Part shown: positions 1 to 9,247 of the stretch, piece after piece | Position numbering within the stretch: the stretch's first letter is position 1 | Layout of the letters: every line of letters begins with the position of its first letter | Assembly: GCA_003233095.1 (NCBI GenBank) | Contig: QIKT01000076.1 | Location: forward strand, 1-45,918 | Source: Oceanospirillales bacterium | GTDB lineage: Bacteria; Pseudomonadota; Gammaproteobacteria; Xanthomonadales; SZUA-38 | Length of the DNA stretch: 45,918 nucleotides | Direction of reading: 5' to 3' | Notes under the pieces: model-generated | Database searches by the model: none | The model's input: only the letters and a program-made list of their open reading frames with translations | What the model was told of the DNA's origin: nothing | Program-made: the position numbers and the translations under genes

Positions 1-97
1 GGGACGCGGTTTGACGACACAGCCAAAGCTCGCTATCGGAGACGGTGCTCTTGGTTTCTGGAAGGCCATGGCCAGGACCTGGCCCCAAACTCGGCAT
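1..97 (+). pseudogene. IS256-family transposase internal fragment, truncated
   Basis: Frame 2 reads GRGLTTQPKLAIGDGALGFWKAMARTWPQTRH, matching the IS256 (Mutator-type DDE) segment RGL..PKLAIGDGALGFW.A....P.T. The expected QRCWVHK continuation is absent and similarity stops near nt 97. Confidence 0.8.
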
Positions 98-98
98 C

Positions 99-140
99 GA
101 GGACTTTCACTTCATGAGTTCATGCCCATGCTGAGCGTAC
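99..140 (-). mobile_element. 5' terminal fragment of a group IIC (attC-targeting type) intron
   Basis: The minus strand reads GTACGCTCAGCATGGGCATGAACTCATGAAGTGAAAGTCCTC, resembling the class IIC 5' end (GTG/ACGCCCGGCATGGG...GTGAAAGTCC). It directly abuts an attC bottom strand. Confidence 0.7.
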
Positions 141-195
141 ACACACGCGTTAAAGGCGACGCTCGTACCTCGCGTGCTTTAGGCGGGCGTTAGGT
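141..195 (+). other. Integron attC recombination site with R'' box interrupted
   Basis: AC-acacgc-GTTAAAGG-cgacgctcgtacctcgcgt-GCTTTAGG-cgggc-GTTAGGT is an imperfect palindrome with L''/L'-like boxes and an R' box GTTRRRY at 189-195. Only the AC of R'' (RYYYAAC) remains. Confidence 0.75.
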
Positions 196-238
196 GCGCA
201 CCAATAATTCAGGTAGCAAACGGTTTTGGCCGGTCTGT

Positions 239-1447
239 TCAAACCCGCCGAATCAACACCGCAATCCCCTGACCCACACCAATGCACATGGTGCACAAGG
301 CGTGTTCGCCGTCGCTGCGTTCCAGCTGGTTGATGGCTGTGGTGATCAACCGAGCCCCACTCATGCCCAGTGGGTGCCCCAGCGCAATGGCGCCGCCATT
401 CGGATTGACTCGCGGGTCTTCATCGTCCAGGTCCAGCTCGCGAAGACAGGCTAGCGACTGAGCGGCGAAGGCTTCGTTCAGTTCGATGGTATCCATGTGC
501 GCCAGTGTCATGCCGGTCAGCGTCAGCAGTTTTCGGGTCGCATTGACCGGGCCCATACCCATCAGGCGCGGTTCGACGCCAGCGGTTGCCATGGCGATGA
601 CTTCGGCTCTGGGCGTCAATTGATGATCGCTGCAGGCCTGTTCTGAGGCCAGCAGCAGCGCACAGGCACCGTCGTTGATGCCCGACGCATTGCCGGCTGT
701 GACGGTGCCGTCGTCCCGAAACGGCGTGCCGAGGCGCGCCAAGGCCTCCATGCTTGTCTGCCGGAGGTGTTCGTCCTGATTGAAGATCACAGGGTCCTGC
801 TTGCGTTTGGGAACCGATACAGGGGTGATCTCTGTCTGGTAAAACTGCTGAGCCTGAGCACGCTCGGCTTTCTGCTGGGACAGCAGCGCAAATCGATCCT
901 GGTCCTCGCGCGAAATGTTGAACTCTTCGGCCACGTTCTCTGCCGTTTCGGGCATCGAATGGACCCCATACTGCTGTTTGAGCAGTGGGTTGATGAAACG
1001 CCAGCCCATCGTGGTGTCATACATCTGCACATTGCGTGAAAAGGCCGAATCGGCCTTGGCCATCACAAACGGTGAACGAGACATCGACTCGACGCCTCCG
1101 GCCATCATGATGGCGGTCTCGCCGGTGCGGATCGCTCGGGAGCAATCACCCACCGATTGCAGACCCGAACCACACAGCCGATTGACCGTGACGCCCGGGA
1201 CAGTCCACGGCAAACCGGCCAGAAGACCGCTCATGCGTGCCACGTTGCGATTGTCCTCACCGGCCTGATTGGCACAGCCATAGACCAGATCGTCAATCAG
1301 TGCCAGATCCAGGTTGGGCTGACGTTCAATCAGAGCGCGAATCGGGATGGCGCCCAGATCATCGGTTCGTACTGACGACAGGCTGCCACCGTAACGACCG
1401 ATGGGGGTGCGAATGGCATCAACAATGAGGGAGCGATGTGGGTTCAT
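239..1447 (-). CDS. paaJ: 3-oxoadipyl-CoA thiolase (PaaJ/PcaF)
   Basis: Thiolase motifs NRLCGSG, NEAFAAQ, GHPLG and CIGVGQG; PaaJ/PcaF-type GCANQAGEDNRNVARM; lies in a paa cluster. Start moved to the ATG at 1447. Confidence 0.93.
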   Translation of the reverse strand: MNPHRSLIVDAIRTPIGRYGGSLSSVRTDDLGAIPIRALIERQPNLDLALIDDLVYGCANQAGEDNRNVARMSGLLAGLPWTVPGVTVNRLCGSGLQSVGDCSRAIRTGETAIMMAGGVESMSRSPFVMAKADSAFSRNVQMYDTTMGWRFINPLLKQQYGVHSMPETAENVAEEFNISREDQDRFALLSQQKAERAQAQQFYQTEITPVSVPKRKQDPVIFNQDEHLRQTSMEALARLGTPFRDDGTVTAGNASGINDGACALLLASEQACSDHQLTPRAEVIAMATAGVEPRLMGMGPVNATRKLLTLTGMTLAHMDTIELNEAFAAQSLACLRELDLDDEDPRVNPNGGAIALGHPLGMSGARLITTAINQLERSDGEHALCTMCIGVGQGIAVLIRRV

Positions 1448-1476
1448 GAAAGGTTCCTGTACTCTGGTAGTCCAAG

Positions 1477-3012
1477 TCAGTGGCTGTATTGTTCGGGTTG
1501 CTGGTCGTCTGCTTGTGCATATTCCTGGCGACGTAACCATGAAGACACCCGGTAGCGGGATTCCTGATAGTGCAGCGACAAATTGTCAAGAACCTCGACC
1601 ACACAGCTCAAACCGATTTGGCGCGCCCATTCGATCGGGCCGCGTGGGTAATTGACCCCAAACTGCATCGCCAGATCGACATCCGATTCGCTGGCGACCT
1701 GTTGGCCCACCGCATCGGCTGCCTCGTTGGCAAGCATGCAGACGGTGCGCAGGCAGATCATGCCGGGGATATCATCAATCAGAAGACAGTCAATCCCCAG
1801 TGCGGAAAAGAAACCGGTCGCCACATCCAGTGCATCGTCACCGGCCTGGTCGGACACGGCGATCGCCAGAAAACTGACGTGATCGTAATCGGCTGCCAGG
1901 TCAAAGATGACCGTGTCATCATGGCGGCTCTCGGCGGCCATCTGCGTCGCGGATCGGCCATCCGAGGGCCGAATGCAGATGCCGTCGATCATCAGATAGC
2001 CATCACCGGTGCACTGTTCGACCTTGATGCCGGCAGCCTCTGAGCGGCGCTTGAGCGCGTGGGCAATCCCGAGGCGGCCCATCAGTCGCAGACGATCGGG
2101 CAGAAGGCCCGGTTCGACAATTTTCAGCGGCGGCTCGGTAGCGCCGTCCGAGTAGTTAAAGTATCCCTGACCGCTTTTGCGACCCAGGCGTCCGGCAGCC
2201 ACCATGTCGGCTTGCAGCAAACTAGGGCGAAAACGAGTGTCCTGGTAGTAGGCGTCATAGACCGAACGGGTGACAGCATAGTTGACGTCGTTGCCAATCA
2301 GGTCCATCAACTCGAATGGGCCCATGCGAAATCCGGTTGAGCTCTTCAGGCAGGCATCGACTTCAGCGGCTGTTGCACCACCTTCCTCGACAATCCGCAA
2401 ACCTTCGGCGTAAAAAGGACGAGCCACTCGATTGACAATGAAGCCAGGAGTGGATCTCGCATGCACCGCGACCTTGCCCCAGCTCATTGCGGTTTGATAG
2501 ATCAACTCGACAATGCCTGGGTCGGTGGCCAGGCCGCTGATCACCTCGACCAGTTTCATGATCGGAGCAGGGTTGAAGAAATGCATACCGACCAGTCGTT
2601 CGGGTCGAGCCATGCCGGCGCTGATTGCGGTGACCGAGATGGACGAGGTGTTGGTGGCGAGAATACAGTCGTCGGCGCAGAGTGCTTCCAAGGTCTGAAA
2701 CAGTCCGGCCTTGATATCCCGATCTTCGACAATGGCCTCGATCACCAGGCCGGCATCAGCCAGATCGTCCAGCCGTTCGGCCGGTGTGATCCGAGCCATC
2801 AGGGTATCGACATCCTCGCGGCTCATCTTGCCGCGCTCGACCAGCTTGTCTAGACCTTTGCCCGTGCGCTTGATGCCTTCATGGACGGCCTCGGCTTGCT
2901 GATCAAAGAGTCGCACCGGATGACCTGCTGCTGCGGCCACCTGTGCAATCCCCGCGCCCATGGTACCCGCGCCGATGATGGCGACGACTCGGTCGGTGGC
3001 AAGTCCACTCAT
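1477..3012 (-). CDS. paaH: 3-hydroxyadipyl-CoA dehydrogenase
   Basis: GAGTMGAGIAQ Rossmann motif, TNTSS, GMHFFNPAP, PGFIVNR and a duplicated C-terminal domain; paa context. Confidence 0.93.
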   Translation of the reverse strand: MSGLATDRVVAIIGAGTMGAGIAQVAAAAGHPVRLFDQQAEAVHEGIKRTGKGLDKLVERGKMSREDVDTLMARITPAERLDDLADAGLVIEAIVEDRDIKAGLFQTLEALCADDCILATNTSSISVTAISAGMARPERLVGMHFFNPAPIMKLVEVISGLATDPGIVELIYQTAMSWGKVAVHARSTPGFIVNRVARPFYAEGLRIVEEGGATAAEVDACLKSSTGFRMGPFELMDLIGNDVNYAVTRSVYDAYYQDTRFRPSLLQADMVAAGRLGRKSGQGYFNYSDGATEPPLKIVEPGLLPDRLRLMGRLGIAHALKRRSEAAGIKVEQCTGDGYLMIDGICIRPSDGRSATQMAAESRHDDTVIFDLAADYDHVSFLAIAVSDQAGDDALDVATGFFSALGIDCLLIDDIPGMICLRTVCMLANEAADAVGQQVASESDVDLAMQFGVNYPRGPIEWARQIGLSCVVEVLDNLSLHYQESRYRVSSWLRRQEYAQADDQQPEQYSH

Positions 3013-3014
3013 GT

Positions 3015-3806
3015 TCAACTCCCCTTGAATTGCGGCGCGCGCTTTTCCAGGAATGCGGCCACGCCTTCGCGATAGTCGTCGCTGCGACCGGCTACTGTTT
3101 GCAACTGAAGCTCCAGGTCCAGCTGCTGATCCAGCGTGTTGCTGGCACCCTCGTTCAGGGCGCGTTTGATCTTGGCCAGACCGGCGGTCGGACGAGTGGC
3201 CAGATGCGCAGCCATCTGCCGGGCTTCGCTCATCAGCGCGTCATCCTCGATGCAACGCCAGATCAACCCCCACTGCTCGGCCTGCCGAGCTGGCAGCTTG
3301 TCACCGAGCATGGCCAGACCTTTGGCGCGTGCCAGGCCGACCATATTGGGCAACATCCAGGTTCCTCCGGAATCGGGCAACAGTCCGATGTTGCAGAATA
3401 CCTGGACAAAGCTGGCTGATTCGGCTGCCAGCACAATGTCACAGGCCAGCGCGATGTTGGCACCGGCGCCGGCGGCAACGCCATTGACGGCGCAGATGAC
3501 TGGCATCTCAAGTGCAGTCAGGCTGCGAACCAGCGGATTGTAATTCTGTTCGATGGACTCGCCCAGATCCGGAGGACCGGTATCGGCGGCCACCTTGCGG
3601 TCGCTCAAGTCCTGTCCGGCACAGAAACCTCGCCCGGCCCCGGTCAGCAGCAGGCAGCGGATGGTTGAATCGCGGCGAATGGTCACAAGAGCAGACTTCA
3701 GGGCCTCATGCATTTCGGCATTGAAACTGTTCAGTCGCTCCGGGCGGTTCAGAGTGATTTCGGCAACGCCATCACGACAGTCAAGAAGAATGGAAGAATC
3801 GGTCAT
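3015..3806 (-). CDS. paaG: 2-(1,2-epoxy-1,2-dihydrophenyl)acetyl-CoA isomerase
   Basis: Crotonase fold with GFCAGQDL, AAGAGANIALACD and LPDSGGTW. Confidence 0.93.
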   Translation of the reverse strand: MTDSSILLDCRDGVAEITLNRPERLNSFNAEMHEALKSALVTIRRDSTIRCLLLTGAGRGFCAGQDLSDRKVAADTGPPDLGESIEQNYNPLVRSLTALEMPVICAVNGVAAGAGANIALACDIVLAAESASFVQVFCNIGLLPDSGGTWMLPNMVGLARAKGLAMLGDKLPARQAEQWGLIWRCIEDDALMSEARQMAAHLATRPTAGLAKIKRALNEGASNTLDQQLDLELQLQTVAGRSDDYREGVAAFLEKRAPQFKGS

Positions 3807-4564
3807 CAGCGTCCCTCGAATTGGGCAGGTCGTTTGTCAAAAAATGCAGCAATCCCTTCCTGGCGATCCGCGGTGTCTGCCAGCAGGCTGAAGGCGCGGC
3901 GCTCCATGTCCAGGCCTTGTTGCAACGGTGTCTCATAGGCGGTCAACAACAACTTGCGGGCCTCCCGAACAGCAAGCGGTGGTTGTTGGGTGATGCGGGC
4001 GGCCAGCGCCACGGCGGTCTCTATGGTTAGCTCATTGACGCTGACCTCACTGATTAATCCGCAATCGTGGGCCTGTCGTGCGGTCAGCCATTCGCCGGCC
4101 AGCACCATGCGCATTGCCGTTGATTTGCCCACCGCGCGGATTAGTCGCTGGGTACCGCCAGCACCTGGAATCATGCCGAGGGTAATCTCAGGCTGGCCGA
4201 AGCGGGCCGACTCGCCGGCAATGATGATATCGGCATGCAACGCGAGTTCACAGCCGGCTCCAAGCGCCAGGCCATTGACGGCTGCGATCCAGGGAATCGG
4301 GCTGTGATAGAGACGTTTCCAGAGTTCAGGGCGCGGGTCCAGATGGCAGTCGATTGCCTTCATGGTGGCCAGTTCCTTCAGATCGGCGCCGGCAGCAAAC
4401 ACCTTTGGGTTGCCAGTGACGACGGCACATCGAGCTTTGCCCTCATGCAGTGCATCGCCGATGGCCTTGAGCACGTCATTGGTCAATGCGTTGCGCTGTT
4501 CAGGTCGGTTCAAAGTGATCTGGAGGACGTTATCAGTCGGGTGACTGCAGAGGATGACGGACAT
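3806..4564 (-). CDS. paaF: 2,3-dehydroadipyl-CoA hydratase
   Basis: Crotonase with [14 protein letters not shown] and [17 protein letters not shown]; stop overlaps the paaG start by 1 nt. Confidence 0.9.
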   Translation of the reverse strand: MSVILCSHPTDNVLQITLNRPEQRNALTNDVLKAIGDALHEGKARCAVVTGNPKVFAAGADLKELATMKAIDCHLDPRPELWKRLYHSPIPWIAAVNGLALGAGCELALHADIIIAGESARFGQPEITLGMIPGAGGTQRLIRAVGKSTAMRMVLAGEWLTARQAHDCGLISEVSVNELTIETAVALAARITQQPPLAVREARKLLLTAYETPLQQGLDMERRAFSLLADTADRQEGIAAFFDKRPAQFEGR

Positions 4565-4654
4565 CGTGATGGACTCCGTTTTCTGTCAGAGAATCAACAC
4601 GCGATATTAGCACGAATCGACGCAGCGCCGAGGGGCTTGTTGTACAATGGCTGG

Positions 4655-5284
4655 ATGGATTCTCAACTCGCTTTGCCGATGGTTTATCAGATTGACGGCA
4701 TCACTCCGGTGATCGACCCGACTGCCTTTGTTCACCCGACCGCGGTCCTGATCGGCGATGTCATTGTCGGCCCGGGTGCGTATGTGGGGCCGCTGGCGTC
4801 ACTGCGCGGCGACATGGGTCGCATCGAGCTGAAAGCCGGCTCGAATGTGCAGGATCATTGTGTGGCACATTCGTTTCCAGGCAAGGACGTCCTTGTTGAA
4901 ATCGATGGTCACATCGGCCATGCGGCGGTGTTGCACGGTTGCTTGATCGGAGAGAATGCGCTGATCGGAATGAACAGCGTGATCATGGATGATGTGCAGA
5001 TTGGGCCTAACTGCATTGTCGGCGCCAACGCATTTGTACGAGCCGGAACGGTGTTCGAGGCCAACCAGCTGATTGTCGGATCACCGGCTCGAATTCTGCG
5101 CACACTGACCGATCAGGAGAAAGACTGGAAGCGACAGGGCACTGCCGAATACCATCAACTGGTGCACCGCTGCAAACAGAGCCTCAGGCCGGTCATACCG
5201 CTTGAGCAGGTAGAATCTGATCGCCCCCGTTTTCAAGCGGACCATCTCAAACCTCTGAATCAGATACGGAACTCATCATCATGA
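4655..5284 (+). CDS. paaY: Phenylacetate degradation protein PaaY (hexapeptide/gamma-CA-like)
   Basis: [35 protein letters not shown] and [12 protein letters not shown]; ATGA overlap with paaZ. The start could instead be 4673 or 4679. Confidence 0.85.
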   Translation: MDSQLALPMVYQIDGITPVIDPTAFVHPTAVLIGDVIVGPGAYVGPLASLRGDMGRIELKAGSNVQDHCVAHSFPGKDVLVEIDGHIGHAAVLHGCLIGENALIGMNSVIMDDVQIGPNCIVGANAFVRAGTVFEANQLIVGSPARILRTLTDQEKDWKRQGTAEYHQLVHRCKQSLRPVIPLEQVESDRPRFQADHLKPLNQIRNSSS

Positions 5285-7332
5285 AGAAAATTGCCAGCTA
5301 TGTGAACGGCCACTGGTTTGAAAGCGACTCTCAGGGGCGTGCCGTCCACAATGCCGTGACCGGTGAGCTGATTGGCACCGTCAGCTCTGACGGAGTCGAT
5401 TTCAAGGCCGTGCTGGAATACGGACGCTCCTCGACGCTGCGTCACATGACGATCCATGAACGTGCTCTGGCCATCAAGGCGCTGGCGGTTCACCTGGACT
5501 CAAAAAAGGAGAGTTTCTACCGTCTTTCTAGCATGACCGGAGCTACCCGCGGTGATGGTTGGGTGGATATCGAAGGGGGCATTGGCACCTTGTTTGCGAT
5601 GTCCTCGATTGCCCGGCGTGAGCTACCCAACGAGCCGTTCATTGTCGAAGGCGAGCCAATCCCGCTGTCGAAGAACGGGACGTTTCTCGGACAACACATT
5701 CTGACTCCCAAGCTGGGCGTTTCGGTGCATATCAATGCCTTCAATTTTCCCTGCTGGGGAATGCTCGAGAAGATCGCTCCATCGTTGATTGCCGGGATGC
5801 CGGTGATCGTCAAACCCGGAACCGTGACTTCCTATCTGACCGAGGCGATGGTGCGCGAAATCATCGCTAGTGGCTTGTTTCCGGAAGGCTCGGTACAACT
5901 GATCTGCGGGGGTGTCGGCGATCTGTTCGACCATCTGACCTCTCAGGATGTGGTGACATTTACCGGATCAGCCAACACCGCCGAGAAGTTGAAATCTCAT
6001 CCCAACATTCTTAATAACTGTATCCCCTTCAATACCGAAGCCGACTCTCTGAACTGTGTGATCCTGGGGGCGAGCGTGTCCGAAGATGACCCCGAATTCG
6101 GCTTGTTCATCAAGGAAGTGGTTCGCGAGATGACCGTCAAATGTGGGCAAAAATGTACGGCCATCAGGCGCTCCATTGTTCCGGCGGGCATGATCGACAC
6201 AGTCATTCAGGCCATCAGCGAACGACTCGATGGGGTGGTCATAGGTGACCCCGATCACGAGGGTGTGCGCATGGGGCCTCTGGTCGGGACATCGCAGCGC
6301 CAGGACGTCAGAGACAACGTCGAACGGCTGAAGGAGACCTGCACGGTCGTCTACGGCGGTGAGTCCGAGTTTGAGGTCGTCGGGGCTGATCGCGAGGCCG
6401 GGGCGTTTTTCCCGCCGACCTTGCTGTTGTGCGAGCAGGCGATGCAAATCACTGACGGCCCACACGCCATCGAAGCCTTTGGTCCAGTCAATACGCTAAT
6501 GCCGTATGAGTCTCTGGACGACGCCATCGAATTGGCCAGGCGCGGGTTGGGGTCTCTGGCAGGGTCGGTATTCAGTCATGATGACGAGGAGTCCCGTCAA
6601 CTGATTCTGGGCACAGCAATGTTTCACGGCCGAATGCTGGTGATCAATCGGGATTGCGCGGGTGAGTCCACAGGCCATGGCTCACCGATGCCGATGCTGG
6701 TTCATGGCGGTCCGGGTCGTGCGGGCGGTGGTGAAGAGCTGGGCGGCTCACTGGCCATCAAGCACTACATGCAACGCACTGCTATCCAGGGTTCTCCCAC
6801 CACGTTGATGGCTATTACTCGACAGTATGTGCCTGGAGCCAGAACCACTACCGATGTGGTGCACCCGTTCCGAAAATATTTCGAGCAGTTGGCGATTGGT
6901 GAATGCTATCAGACGCATCGGCGTACCGTGACCGAGGCAGATATTGTCAATTTTGGCTGCTTGTCAGGCGATCATTTCTACGCGCATTTTGATGACATTG
7001 CCGCGAAACAGTCGCCGGTGTTTGGCAAGCGAGTGGCGCACGGATACTTTCTGATTTCGGCAGCAGCAGGTCTGTTTGTAGATCCGGCGCCAGGTCCGGT
7101 TCTGGCAAACTATGGCCTGGATAATCTGCGATTTATCACGCCGGTCGGCATTGGTGACACGATTTCGGTCAAGCTGGTGGTCAAGCAGAAGATTCGCAAG
7201 GCCCCACGGGACGATGAGCCCTTGCAGGGAATTGTCAAATGGGCAGTGCAAATAAGCAACCAGCATGATGAGCTGGTTGCTCTGTATGACGTGCTGACAC
7301 TGGTACTGCTTGCAGAGGGGCAGCCTGATTGA
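5281..7332 (+). CDS. paaZ: Bifunctional oxepin-CoA hydrolase / semialdehyde dehydrogenase
   Basis: ALDH domain ([20 protein letters not shown]) plus a C-terminal MaoC domain (GDHFYAHFD). Confidence 0.95.
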   Translation: MKKIASYVNGHWFESDSQGRAVHNAVTGELIGTVSSDGVDFKAVLEYGRSSTLRHMTIHERALAIKALAVHLDSKKESFYRLSSMTGATRGDGWVDIEGGIGTLFAMSSIARRELPNEPFIVEGEPIPLSKNGTFLGQHILTPKLGVSVHINAFNFPCWGMLEKIAPSLIAGMPVIVKPGTVTSYLTEAMVREIIASGLFPEGSVQLICGGVGDLFDHLTSQDVVTFTGSANTAEKLKSHPNILNNCIPFNTEADSLNCVILGASVSEDDPEFGLFIKEVVREMTVKCGQKCTAIRRSIVPAGMIDTVIQAISERLDGVVIGDPDHEGVRMGPLVGTSQRQDVRDNVERLKETCTVVYGGESEFEVVGADREAGAFFPPTLLLCEQAMQITDGPHAIEAFGPVNTLMPYESLDDAIELARRGLGSLAGSVFSHDDEESRQLILGTAMFHGRMLVINRDCAGESTGHGSPMPMLVHGGPGRAGGGEELGGSLAIKHYMQRTAIQGSPTTLMAITRQYVPGARTTTDVVHPFRKYFEQLAIGECYQTHRRTVTEADIVNFGCLSGDHFYAHFDDIAAKQSPVFGKRVAHGYFLISAAAGLFVDPAPGPVLANYGLDNLRFITPVGIGDTISVKLVVKQKIRKAPRDDEPLQGIVKWAVQISNQHDELVALYDVLTLVLLAEGQPD

Positions 7333-7689
7333 TCAGGGCTGTCTCATCCAGCGGCCTTGCAGTATTGCGTAAGTAGGCGCATTGCTGATCGTCAACACAT
7401 CCTCGGATACTGTGTATTCAAGCAACACGCTTTCCTCGTAGACGATCATGGTGATGCGTCCGCCATCGCCCTGCCAATCGCTCAGGTCGTAGTTCACGCC
7501 ACCTTTGACACTGAGACGACCACTGCTGTCGGCATTGAGTGTCAGGATTGAGTCAGCGTATTCACCCGAGGTTAGTCTCCAGGTCCCGGTCAAATCAGCC
7601 ACCGGATCACTGCATCCGGTGAGTATGATCGTCATGCAAAGAACGATCATGGTGGTGACGAGACCCTGATGGAATGGTCTTCTCTTCAT
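7333..7689 (-). CDS. Hypothetical lipoprotein
   Basis: Basic N-terminus, hydrophobic stretch and LTGC lipobox; LTGTWRL beta-barrel-like start; AGGAGG RBS upstream. Confidence 0.7.
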   Translation of the reverse strand: MKRRPFHQGLVTTMIVLCMTIILTGCSDPVADLTGTWRLTSGEYADSILTLNADSSGRLSVKGGVNYDLSDWQGDGGRITMIVYEESVLLEYTVSEDVLTISNAPTYAILQGRWMRQP

Positions 7690-7830
7690 GGTACCCTCCT
7701 CGTCGTATCAACCAGTATATCCCAATGCTCTGTTGTCAGCACCGGGCCATAGGTCAGCTCTGAGGATGGCCCCATCGACGTGATGATTGGTGTCTGCACA
7801 AACAGGGCATGAACGTCAGAGAGGACCCGC

Positions 7831-8622
7831 ATGATCGTCGAACGAATCTGGATCAATAATCGCCTTCGCAACTACAACTATCTGATCGCCTGTCCGCAAA
7901 CCGGCGAAGCGATGGCGCTTGACCCTTTGGCTCATCAGCTCTGTTTGCAGCGAGCCCAGCTACGAGGTTGGGAGATTACCAGTATTCTGAATACGCATGA
8001 ACACCCGGATCATACAGCGGGTAATGTGCCGCTGATGAGCATGACCGGCGCCCCGGTTCTGGCACATCACGGCGCTCAAGGAAAGATTCCGGGAATGAGT
8101 CATGCGCTGCGAGCCGGTGATTCTGTTCGAGTGGGCACGAGTGTTGTATTGAAGGTGCTGGATACGCCGGGTCACACCCGCACTCATGTCTGTCTGCTCT
8201 GGGAGACCGAGACACCCGCTCTGTTTTGTGGCGATACCTTGTTCAATGCCGGCGTGGGCAATTGTCACAATGGCGGTCATCCCGAAGCGCTTTATCAGAC
8301 GTTCAGCACCCAACTGGCTTGTCTGGATGAGTCGACTCAGGTTTATCCGGGGCATGATTACATGGTCAACAACCTTGAGTTCACGCTGGACCGTGAGCCT
8401 TCAAATCAGGCTGCGGCTGCCCTGTTGGAAAGGGTTCGTGACCTGGACCCGACCGAGTTGCCGATCACTACCCTGGGCATGGAGAAGCAGATCAATACGT
8501 TTTTCAGGCTCAGTCAGCCAGAGGTCATCGAGCGACTCCGGGATCAGACGCCCGGTCTGGCTGAGGATCCCTCCGAGGAAGCCGTCTTCCTGCGCCTTCG
8601 CCAATTGCGCAACGACTGGTAA
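7831..8622 (+). CDS. gloB: Hydroxyacylglutathione hydrolase (glyoxalase II, MBL fold)
   Basis: THEHPDH, TPGHT, FCGDTLF, PGHDY and a C-terminal EKQINTF...LRQLRNDW. Confidence 0.85.
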   Translation: MIVERIWINNRLRNYNYLIACPQTGEAMALDPLAHQLCLQRAQLRGWEITSILNTHEHPDHTAGNVPLMSMTGAPVLAHHGAQGKIPGMSHALRAGDSVRVGTSVVLKVLDTPGHTRTHVCLLWETETPALFCGDTLFNAGVGNCHNGGHPEALYQTFSTQLACLDESTQVYPGHDYMVNNLEFTLDREPSNQAAAALLERVRDLDPTELPITTLGMEKQINTFFRLSQPEVIERLRDQTPGLAEDPSEEAVFLRLRQLRNDW

Positions 8623-8632
8623 GCGTGTCGTC

Positions 8633-8752
8633 TCACTCGTCATTCTGATTCGCAGCGTGGGCGGCAAATACTTCTGCACCGGTCAACCGTGCGGTGTCAT
8701 TGGCGAAGGCATAGTACTGCGGTTGCTCATCGACAAAGATTTGCTGGGTCAT
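8633..8752 (-). pseudogene. C-terminal remnant of a GFA-family (CENP-V/GFA) protein
   Basis: QQIFVDEQPQYYAFANDTARLTGAEVFA resembles the C-terminal tail I recall for bacterial GFA proteins. The Cys-rich Zn-binding N-terminus is absent from ORF 8633..8899. Confidence 0.55.
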
Positions 8753-8914
8753 GGCCACCGGGTTAACGGTGCCAAATTGAACCGTTTCGGAAAGCGGGTT
8801 TGCTTCGAAACTAAACAGCCAGTTTCCTTTGACGTAATCGATCTGAAGGTAGTCGGACCGAACAGGCTGATAGGGTCGCAGAAGCCAGGGTCGTGACATT
8901 CAATCTCTGAGGGT

Positions 8915-9000
8915 TCTATTCCACGCCGCTTGCGGCGAATAAACGCTAAGCGAGCGAATTCTTCTAAATACCCCGCCCCTTGGGGCGGGGATGTTTATTT
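8915..9000. mobile_element. Two-hairpin element resembling IS200/IS605 ends (PATE-like)
   Basis: Hairpins CGCCGC-TT-GCGGCG (8924-8937) and CCCCGCCCC-TT-GGGGCGGGG (8971-8990), both centred on CTTG, with no transposase between them. Confidence 0.5.
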
Positions 9001-9001
9001 G

Positions 9002-9175
9002 TCACTTCCTGTGACTGTTGATCAAATTCCGGTGCCAGCCAATGCAGTCAAGACACTGTCCGTTCCAATACTGTTGCAGGCGAGTGGTGAATTGATCAGA
9101 GCCATCGAGTTGTGCAAGAAGCGTGTTGCGACCCACCAGTCAAAGCGGTTGACCGGAGTCATCAAAACTTAGCCA
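9002..9175 (-). pseudogene. Possible fragment of a secreted repeat protein with an internal stop
   Basis: Reads WLSFDDSGQPL*LVG...LQQYWNGQCLDC, similar to W(Y/F)TYD..G.P.WL repeats. TGA stands where Trp is expected, and the frame is cut upstream by the MITE. Confidence 0.3.
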
Positions 9176-9176
9176 G

Positions 9177-9247
9177 GGAGCCTCTGAACAAGTCGTTAAC
9201 GGCTGTCTTGAGCGCGAAATACGCCCGCTCGGCGTTGTCTGAGCTAA
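9177..9247 (+). mobile_element. MITE family A, left-half copy
   Basis: Begins with the TIR GGAGCCTCTGAACAAGTC and matches the first ~70 nt of the 36027 copy, then is interrupted at CTAA by the next copy. Confidence 0.85.

Noticed and set aside
11-193. 60-aa ORF as a real gene
   Set aside because: It is a read-through chimera of the IS256 fragment, intron stub and attC site.
4235-4654. Long N-terminal extensions in the ORF track (paaY; also tesB, RidA, rph, yicC, thioesterase, gamma-CA)
   Set aside because: They overlap neighbouring genes or repeats, and family similarity begins at the downstream starts.
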